Part shown: piece by piece, positions 6,687 through 12,082 of the stretch
How positions within the stretch are numbered: position 1 is the first letter of the stretch
How the letters are laid out: every line of letters starts with the position of its first letter
NCBI GenBank assembly: GCA_024280435.1
Contig: JAJRQD010000151.1
Coordinates: 1 to 12,082, forward strand
From: an archaeon
GTDB lineage: Archaea > Asgardarchaeota > Heimdallarchaeia > Heimdallarchaeales > Kariarchaeaceae
Length of the DNA: 12,082 nucleotides
Direction of reading: 5' to 3'
Program-made: the position numbers and the translations under genes
The notes under the pieces: generated by a model
Database searches by the model: none
What the model was told of the DNA's origin: nothing
The model's input: the letters and a program-made list of their open reading frames with translations, nothing else

Positions 6687-7793
6687 TTACTCTTTAAATG
6701 CTTCAATAATTGATTTGAGATAATACAAAGAGCCATAGGCAATCATCAGGAAATTAATAGTCAAATATATCAGTGAAGATAGTATGAGAATACCTGATAG
6801 CATTACTGGTAGTATAATCATTGCAATCAGATAATATTTGATCATATTGAGATCATAATACTCTTTATTTGCCTTTGTGACATTCCTGTACACATAGTTA
6901 GATCTGTGAAATGCATAAATTGTCAGTCCATATATGGTAAATACAATGATATATGGTAAAGCAATGTTTGGAAGTAATGATGCTTTGTTTAAGAAAAGAC
7001 CAATAAGATAGTATATAACCAATAGAACAGTCAATATTTTGAAATTTCTATCTGAAAGTTTGAGATCATAGATGGATAGTTTTGTCTTATTATCAATACT
7101 TTTTCGATTTATAATACTGATCAGTATCAATATGATCAACCAATTTGCCATGATTGCAATTACTGCACTCAGTATCTGTGTACCAAGAATGACTCCAAGA
7201 ACTGCAGAGGGCCACAGTACCACAAATAAGAACAAAATCACTGTTTTTAGACTATCTTTCTCGAAGTACTTTATATGATTTGGCAGGATTGTGTTAATAT
7301 CTTTTGACATTGTATATGCATAAATTTCTACGATCATTATTGGTAAAATAAAAGAGAATACTGGATGAAAGAAGAATACAAGTGTCAAAGTCTCAAAAAT
7401 AGCAATTCCACCTATTTTTCCCCAGAATACATCTGAAGAGTATCCATTGAATACAACTTTTGTTATCCATGCCTCGTATAAACCGAAAAGTACACCTAAT
7501 AGGTACAAATGCTTGAAATCTGTTTTTTTGTATCTCAGAGCAATATTAATGAAAAATAAAGATTGTAGTATGAAGTTTGGAAAAGAAAATAATATATCGC
7601 CGATATTCAAAAACCAGAGAGGCGATGCATATGTCATCACCTGTCCAAAATACATGGATATAGTTCCAAATAACAGTAAAATCAATATTATCAGTGAATT
7701 ATTCTTATTTTTATCAGTCATATTTCTTTCAAGAATTAATAGAATATTATTCTTATTCATTTTGAAAAAAAAAATTGGAAAGCAATTTAACAA
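6687..7793 (-). CDS. Polytopic integral membrane protein (about 10 TM helices), family unknown; immediately downstream of the ABC exporter genes
   Basis: 368-aa ORF that is extremely hydrophobic, with about 10 predicted TM segments and no motif I recognise. The ORF-track start at 7793 is TTG. In-frame ATGs at 7760 and 7721 are alternative starts. There is a 65-bp gap to the upstream ABC gene on the same strand, so it may be co-transcribed. The strongly AT-skewed composition means shadow ORFs appear on the + strand. Confidence 0.55.
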   Translation of the reverse strand: MLNCFPIFFFKMNKNNILLILERNMTDKNKNNSLIILILLLFGTISMYFGQVMTYASPLWFLNIGDILFSFPNFILQSLFFINIALRYKKTDFKHLYLLGVLFGLYEAWITKVVFNGYSSDVFWGKIGGIAIFETLTLVFFFHPVFSFILPIMIVEIYAYTMSKDINTILPNHIKYFEKDSLKTVILFLFVVLWPSAVLGVILGTQILSAVIAIMANWLIILILISIINRKSIDNKTKLSIYDLKLSDRNFKILTVLLVIYYLIGLFLNKASLLPNIALPYIIVFTIYGLTIYAFHRSNYVYRNVTKANKEYYDLNMIKYYLIAMIILPVMLSGILILSSLIYLTINFLMIAYGSLYYLKSIIEAFKE

Positions 7794-7858
7794 TTAAATG
7801 CGAATACAATAATTCTGTACTTCAAATTTTTACCTCTATGATTTTGTATTACAAATTT

Positions 7859-9880
7859 TTAATTTTTTATATCTGAGATGCCTTGATGTGCATAATAAGT
7901 ATTGTACAGTTCAAAATACTTACCTTTTAATCTCATCAATTCATCATGAGTGCCCTGTTCTACAATTGAGCCATCATCCATCACAATTATCTGATCTACA
8001 TCTCTAATAGTGGATAATCTGTGTGCAATAATCACAGTAGTTCTGCCCTCAAATAATTTATTCTGGGCTTCCTGTACAAGGCTCTCCGTGAATGCATCCA
8101 ACCTGCTTGTGGCCTCATCTAGAATAAGTATCTTGGGATCACGTATCATAGTTCTTGCAATAGTTATCATCTGCCTCTGACCTGCCGATAATGATTTACC
8201 CGATTCTATCAATTTAGTCTCATATCCATCTGGTAGTGCCTCTATAAACTGATCTGCACCAAGCATCTCACATATTTTGTATACCTGCTCATCAGATACA
8301 TCTTGATTACCATATTTGATATTATCAACCACAGAGCCAACAAAAAGATAAGGTTCCTGCGATACAAGGCTAATTGTATCATACAGTGATTCAAGTGTTA
8401 TTTCTCTCAAATCCTGCCCATCAATCATGATGGAGCCATCCTTTGGATCATAGAAACGTAATAATAGTTTTGTGATGGTGGTTTTACCTGCTCCTGTATG
8501 TCCAACTATGGCTGTCTTTTTTCCTGCAGGAATAGTGAATGATACATTTTTCAATACAATCGTTTCATTTCTATCTTCAGAATTACCCATCATCCTAGCT
8601 TTCATATTAGCTTTCATCTTAGCTTGCATCTCTGCTTGCATCTTAGCTTTCATCTCTGCTTTCATCTTAGCGTCCATATCAGGCTTCATATTAGCTTTCA
8701 TCTTAGCTTGCATCTCTGCTTGCATCTTAGCATTCATCTTACCCCTCATATCAGGCTTCACTGCACCATTCATTCTCTTTTTACCACTATAAGCAAATGA
8801 TATATTATCCACCTGTATCTCTCCTTCTGAGAATCCAAGAGGCCTTGCATCAGGACTATTTTTCACAGAGGGCCGAGATTCAAGTACATCTGTAACTCTA
8901 TCAAGAGCTGCCAATGATGCCTGGAAATTAGTTATATTATTTGATAATGCCATTATTGGAGATAAGAACCTTCTAACCATAATTGTACCCAGATAAATTG
9001 CACCCAATGTGATTATCCCCGCCTCATTAAGATAACCACCTACAAGTAATACACCCATTATCATGAGCATACTCACAAGCGTAATTGATGGAAAAATCAT
9101 AGTGAACAGAAAGCCCAATTGTTTGAAATAGCCAAAAGTTTCATCATTCAGCTTTCTGATCTCCTCACTGGTTCTATCTTCTTGATTGAATGATTTGGCA
9201 ATTGCCACCCCATTAAGATTCTCTGCTAACTTACCCGATACCTTGCCCATAGATGATCTTACCTCCAACATCTTCTGTTTACCTCTAGATGCAATTATCT
9301 TTGTAATTCCAAATGCAGTTGGCAATGCTAACAATGAGATCAAGCCAAACCATATGGAGATAGAAAATAATACTATCAATGTAGTCAGAGCAACCAATAG
9401 ATTCGTCAGCGTAGTGGTAAACACTGCAAGCCCATTGGTAATCTCCTGTGTATCACCAATCACTCTTGAAGTAACATCTCCTGATTGATTTGTGGCATGA
9501 TAATTCATATCTGCTTTTACTAGTCCCTCAAAAGTGGCTGTTCTTAATGAATGCACCAGCCTATTGGATACAATACTCATAAACCACGTATTTGCTGATT
9601 GAGCCATCCATGATAATATAGATAGTGCAAAATATATGATTACAAGTGTTGTTATCGCATCAAATTTATCTCCAACTAGTAACTGATCTATTGCTTTCTC
9701 AACTATCAATGGCTGTGCTGTAACTGCTGCTGTGTAGAACAGAGTTAACAATGCAATCAGAATAAGATAGCCTGTAAATGGCTTCAAGTATTGCCATAGT
9801 ATTTTTAACAGTATTTTGAAAGACCGGGTACGTTTATTATCCGAAAGCATACTGGAATGTCTGCTACCAGGTCTACTCAT
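7859..9880 (-). CDS. ABC exporter half-transporter (TMD-NBD, type IV/ABCB-like) with a canonical ATPase site, carrying a Met/Lys-rich repeat insertion in the NBD
   Basis: 673 aa with an N-terminal 6-TM domain. Walker A 'GHTGAGKTT', Q-loop 'SQEP', Walker B+E 'ILILDEATSRLD' and H-loop 'IIAHRLSTI' are canonical. The signature is divergent ('LSAGQRQMITIARTM'). About 65 extra residues lie between NBD strands beta1 and beta2, including (KAKM)-type tetrapeptide repeats. The ATG start overlaps the stop of the upstream ABC gene (ATGA at 9877-9880), and a GGAGGA Shine-Dalgarno sits 8 nt upstream. Confidence 0.85.
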   Translation of the reverse strand: MSRPGSRHSSMLSDNKRTRSFKILLKILWQYLKPFTGYLILIALLTLFYTAAVTAQPLIVEKAIDQLLVGDKFDAITTLVIIYFALSILSWMAQSANTWFMSIVSNRLVHSLRTATFEGLVKADMNYHATNQSGDVTSRVIGDTQEITNGLAVFTTTLTNLLVALTTLIVLFSISIWFGLISLLALPTAFGITKIIASRGKQKMLEVRSSMGKVSGKLAENLNGVAIAKSFNQEDRTSEEIRKLNDETFGYFKQLGFLFTMIFPSITLVSMLMIMGVLLVGGYLNEAGIITLGAIYLGTIMVRRFLSPIMALSNNITNFQASLAALDRVTDVLESRPSVKNSPDARPLGFSEGEIQVDNISFAYSGKKRMNGAVKPDMRGKMNAKMQAEMQAKMKANMKPDMDAKMKAEMKAKMQAEMQAKMKANMKARMMGNSEDRNETIVLKNVSFTIPAGKKTAIVGHTGAGKTTITKLLLRFYDPKDGSIMIDGQDLREITLESLYDTISLVSQEPYLFVGSVVDNIKYGNQDVSDEQVYKICEMLGADQFIEALPDGYETKLIESGKSLSAGQRQMITIARTMIRDPKILILDEATSRLDAFTESLVQEAQNKLFEGRTTVIIAHRLSTIRDVDQIIVMDDGSIVEQGTHDELMRLKGKYFELYNTYYAHQGISDIKN
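8575..8770 (-). repeat. In-frame 12-bp coding minisatellite (14 units, + strand 'cat-ytt-agc-ttt' = KAKM on the coding strand), with an 84-bp higher-order duplication
   Basis: Read on the + strand, the units are 'catcctagcttt catattagcttt catcttagcttg catctctgcttg catcttagcttt catctctgcttt catcttagcgtc catatcaggctt catattagcttt catcttagcttg catctctgcttg catcttagcatt catcttacccct catatcaggctt'. Units 2-4 equal units 9-11 exactly. The encoded peptide is 'MRGKMNAKMQAEMQAKMKANMKPDMDAKMKAEMKAKMQAEMQAKMKANMKARMM'. Confidence 0.9.
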
Positions 9881-11664
9881 TGTTCGATTCCTCCTGCAAT
9901 GATCTGCTCAGATTCAGGTAATAACTCGAATATCTTTCTATAAGATTGGCACCTTGCAAGTAGTTCTTTATGTGTGCCATGATCAAGTATCTCTCCTTTG
10001 TGCAATAATATAACCATATCCGCCTTTACCAGTGTATTCAATCTCTGAGTAACTGTGATTGTCAATCTATCCCTGCTCAGATTATCTAATGCAAGCCTTA
10101 ACAATGCTTCAGTCTTGGAATCAAGAGCAGATGCGCTATCATCAAGTAATAATATCTTTGGATCTGCAAGAATTGCTCTGGCAATTGCCAATCTCTGTTT
10201 CTGGCCACCAGATATATCCACTCCTCGCTCTCCTATCACAGTATGTATACCATTGGGTAATTTCTCAATGAACTCAAATGCCTGTGCAGCTTTTGCAGCC
10301 TCAATTATCTCCTCATCTGTTGCCTCTACTTTTGCGAAGCCAATATTATCCCTGATTTTTCCAGAGAATAGAAATATTTCCTGCTCGACACGTGATACAT
10401 TCTTTCTCACCTCTCTCGCAGATATATCCTTATAGTTGATACCTGATATTTTTATTGCACCCTCAGTGCTCAGATACAGCTGTAATAATAGCTTCAAAAA
10501 TGTGGACTTACCCGATCCTGGACCACCAATCAGGGCGATTTTACTATTTGCAGGTATGGTCAGATTGATATTCTTCAATGCAGGTCTCTTATCACTGCCA
10601 TAATTGAATGTTACATTATCAAATACAATATCGCCTTCCCAATTCACTTCTGGCTCATTCTCAATTATTTTATCCGGCACAGGATCTATCCAGTTCATCT
10701 TCTCCCATATTCTGTTGGCATTAGTCAGTGCCGCATTAATCATAAGAAACATATTGGGAAGCATCAGGCTGGATAACTGAATTGTCAATAACAGCCCAAT
10801 TACCTGTAGCATAGCTCCTAGACTGATTGTACCATTTGTTACATCAATTAGTGTGAGTGCGAATAATACAGCTGTAAGTACCAGCATGATTAGATTTGGC
10901 ATATAGAAAGCCGACATTTGTCCTTCAGTTTTTGCCAATTCTGCATATTCAGAACTAGTTTTTCTGAATTTTTGCACCTCTCTTCTGGTGGATTTTAGTG
11001 ATCTGACCACTTCGATTCCCTGGAATATCTCCTGCGATTCCTCAGTCAATGATCCTACTGTATTTGCAAGCTTTTCTCTGATAGGAATAATCTTCTTGGA
11101 TTGCCATATGGCTATAATGTAGTATAAAATAAATCCTGATAGTGCAATTACAGTTTTATACAGATCTGTTGCTCTGTAGATGAAGAATAATGCAAATGCA
11201 AGTTGGAATATATTCTGGAAAATACCTCTGGCAGCAGGCATAATTCCTGTACGTAGTTGGCTGATCTCAGTCATTCCTGTTGCCAACAATTTAGATGAGT
11301 TATTCTCATCATGAAATGTCAGGCTGTGTTTCTGTATTCTATCAAAATATTCTTGCCTAATATCTCGTTCGTATGAGAATGCCAGCGTCATATAGGTGTA
11401 GAATGCATAGAATGTGACAATATAGTACAGTACTCCAACGGCAAGTATTTTCAGTGTTTCTGATATGAATGCCTGCCCTAATCCCTCTTCTCTCAGAATA
11501 TCTATGGAACTTCCCACAAAAATAGCAGGAAGTAGCATTCCAAGTGATGAGATCAGCATTGCAATCACACTGATGAATAATTTTAGTCGGCTTCTTTTTA
11601 TGAATGAAAAAAATAAAGCGTTGCCTGAGCTGTAAAGTTTTTTATTGTTATCCAATTGAATCAC
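9877..11664 (-). CDS. ABC exporter half-transporter (TMD-NBD) with a degenerate, non-catalytic-type NBD; heterodimer partner of the downstream subunit
   Basis: 595 aa with 6 TM helices. Walker A 'GGPGSGKST' and signature 'ISGGQKQRLAIARA' are canonical. The Walker B catalytic Glu is replaced by Asp ('ILLLDDSASALD', codon at 10138-10140). The H-loop His is replaced by Gln ('TITVTQRLNT', codon at 10045-10047). The start codon is GTG at 11664-11662. Confidence 0.85.
   Translation of the reverse strand: MIQLDNNKKLYSSGNALFFSFIKRSRLKLFISVIAMLISSLGMLLPAIFVGSSIDILREEGLGQAFISETLKILAVGVLYYIVTFYAFYTYMTLAFSYERDIRQEYFDRIQKHSLTFHDENNSSKLLATGMTEISQLRTGIMPAARGIFQNIFQLAFALFFIYRATDLYKTVIALSGFILYYIIAIWQSKKIIPIREKLANTVGSLTEESQEIFQGIEVVRSLKSTRREVQKFRKTSSEYAELAKTEGQMSAFYMPNLIMLVLTAVLFALTLIDVTNGTISLGAMLQVIGLLLTIQLSSLMLPNMFLMINAALTNANRIWEKMNWIDPVPDKIIENEPEVNWEGDIVFDNVTFNYGSDKRPALKNINLTIPANSKIALIGGPGSGKSTFLKLLLQLYLSTEGAIKISGINYKDISAREVRKNVSRVEQEIFLFSGKIRDNIGFAKVEATDEEIIEAAKAAQAFEFIEKLPNGIHTVIGERGVDISGGQKQRLAIARAILADPKILLLDDSASALDSKTEALLRLALDNLSRDRLTITVTQRLNTLVKADMVILLHKGEILDHGTHKELLARCQSYRKIFELLPESEQIIAGGIEQ
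9889..9894 (-). promoter_or_regulatory. Shine-Dalgarno (GGAGGA) for the second ABC gene, consistent with translational coupling inside the operon
   Basis: The + strand 'tcctcc' at 9889-9894 reads GGAGGA on the - strand, 8 nt upstream of the ATG at 9880. The upstream gene's TGA overlaps that ATG. Confidence 0.5.
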
Positions 11665-11693
11665 TTCTCAATATTTGAAGTAAATGATTTTTG

Positions 11694-11710
11694 TTTTTTA
11701 AATATATTTA
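11694..11710 (-). promoter_or_regulatory. Candidate archaeal TATA/BRE region for the ABC operon
   Basis: The + strand 'ttttttaaatatattta' reads 'TAAATATATTTAAAAAA' on the - strand, about 30-46 nt upstream of the GTG start at 11664. The placement fits a short-leader or leaderless archaeal promoter. It is sequence-only and unverified. Confidence 0.3.
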
Positions 11711-12065
11711 ATTAGGATATTACTGTAATGCTGTTAAGATTGATATCTAATACACGAATTTCACTATTCTCTCTTATCAAAATTTAGTTGTACTTGTCTA
11801 TTATACTTGTCTATTATACTTGCCTATTATATTATAATTATATTTAATTAGGATACTACTGTAATGCTGTTAAGATTGATATCTAATACACGAATTCCAC
11901 TATTCTCTCTTATCAAAATTTAGTTGTACTTGTCTATTATACTTGTCTATTATATTCTAATTATATTTAATTAGGATACTACTGTAATGCTGTTAAGATT
12001 GATATCTAATACACGAATTCCACTATTCTCTCTTATCAAAATTTAGTTGGACTTGCCTATTATAT
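11705..12065. repeat. Noncoding tandem array: 3 copies of a 123-136-bp unit with a nested 13-bp sub-repeat present in 3, 2 and about 1 copies
   Basis: Units begin at 11705, 11841 and 11964 ('tatttaattaggata(t/c)tactgtaatgctgttaagattgatatctaatacacgaatt(t/c)cactattctctcttatcaaaatttagttgtacttgtctattat...'). The unit length difference (136 versus 123) equals one extra copy of 'acttgtctattat'. The third copy degenerates into unique flank ('...ttggacttgcctattatatgctaaaaaaatgcatca'). Each unit carries a TATA-like 'ttatatttaatt'. Confidence 0.9.
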
Positions 12066-12082
12066 GCTAAAAAAATGCATCA

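Noticed and set aside
6687-11664. Bacteriocin or peptide export system (ABC exporter plus immunity-like membrane protein)
   Set aside because: Neither ABC subunit has an N-terminal C39 peptidase domain, no precursor-peptide sORF is visible nearby, and the membrane protein has no recognisable immunity or CPBP motifs.
11705-12065. Replication origin (ORB-like repeats)
   Set aside because: The units contain 'ttccac', but there is no dyad-symmetric ORB/mini-ORB core and no orc1/cdc6 gene is visible. It cannot be supported from the sequence alone.
11705-12082. Possible CRISPR array at the window end
   Set aside because: The units are 123-136 bp and near-identical, with no interleaved unique spacers. 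CRISPR repeats are about 24-48 bp separated by unique spacers. I call it a tandem satellite instead.

Overview
This is a clearly AT-rich, gene-dense window with no introns, overlapping or tightly spaced genes and archaeal-style A/T-rich promoter regions. The gene content looks eukaryote-like: a Rab-like small GTPase, an ICMT-family methyltransferase, a TM2 domain, an SPFH protein and a eukaryote/archaeal-type GlyRS C-terminus. From this I infer an archaeon, possibly Asgard-like; the sequence alone does not prove it.

Layout, 5' to 3':
- 1-144, + strand: 3' end of a glycyl-tRNA synthetase gene.
- 359-1756, - strand: a two-gene operon of a Rab-like small GTPase followed 10 bp later by a TatD-family nuclease.
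- 1981-2445, - strand: a TPR protein.
- 2668-5756, + strand: four genes for membrane-proximal proteins. They are a zinc-ribbon protein with six KPS motifs, a membrane-anchored thioredoxin-like protein, an SPFH/stomatin protein, and a zinc-ribbon plus Q/Y-rich-repeat plus TM2-domain protein.
- 5826-6476, - strand: an ICMT-family methyltransferase.
- 6687-11664, - strand: a three-gene run with ABC half-transporter 1, ABC half-transporter 2 and a 10-TM protein of unknown family. The two ABC genes overlap by ATGA. Their nucleotide-binding domains form an asymmetric heterodimer with one co-evolved degenerate ATP site. Subunit 2 carries an unusual in-frame (KAKM)14 Met/Lys-rich insertion built from a 12-bp minisatellite.
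- 11705-12065: three tandem copies of a 123-136 bp noncoding unit just upstream of the ABC operon. Each copy contains 3, 2 or 1 copies of a nested 13-bp sub-repeat.

The most interesting candidates are the GTPase-nuclease operon, the repeat-expanded ABC nucleotide-binding domain with its upstream satellite, and the zinc-ribbon/SPFH/TM2 membrane cluster.

Several ORF-track starts are TTG or GTG rather than ATG: TatD, ICMT, the 10-TM protein and ABC subunit 1.
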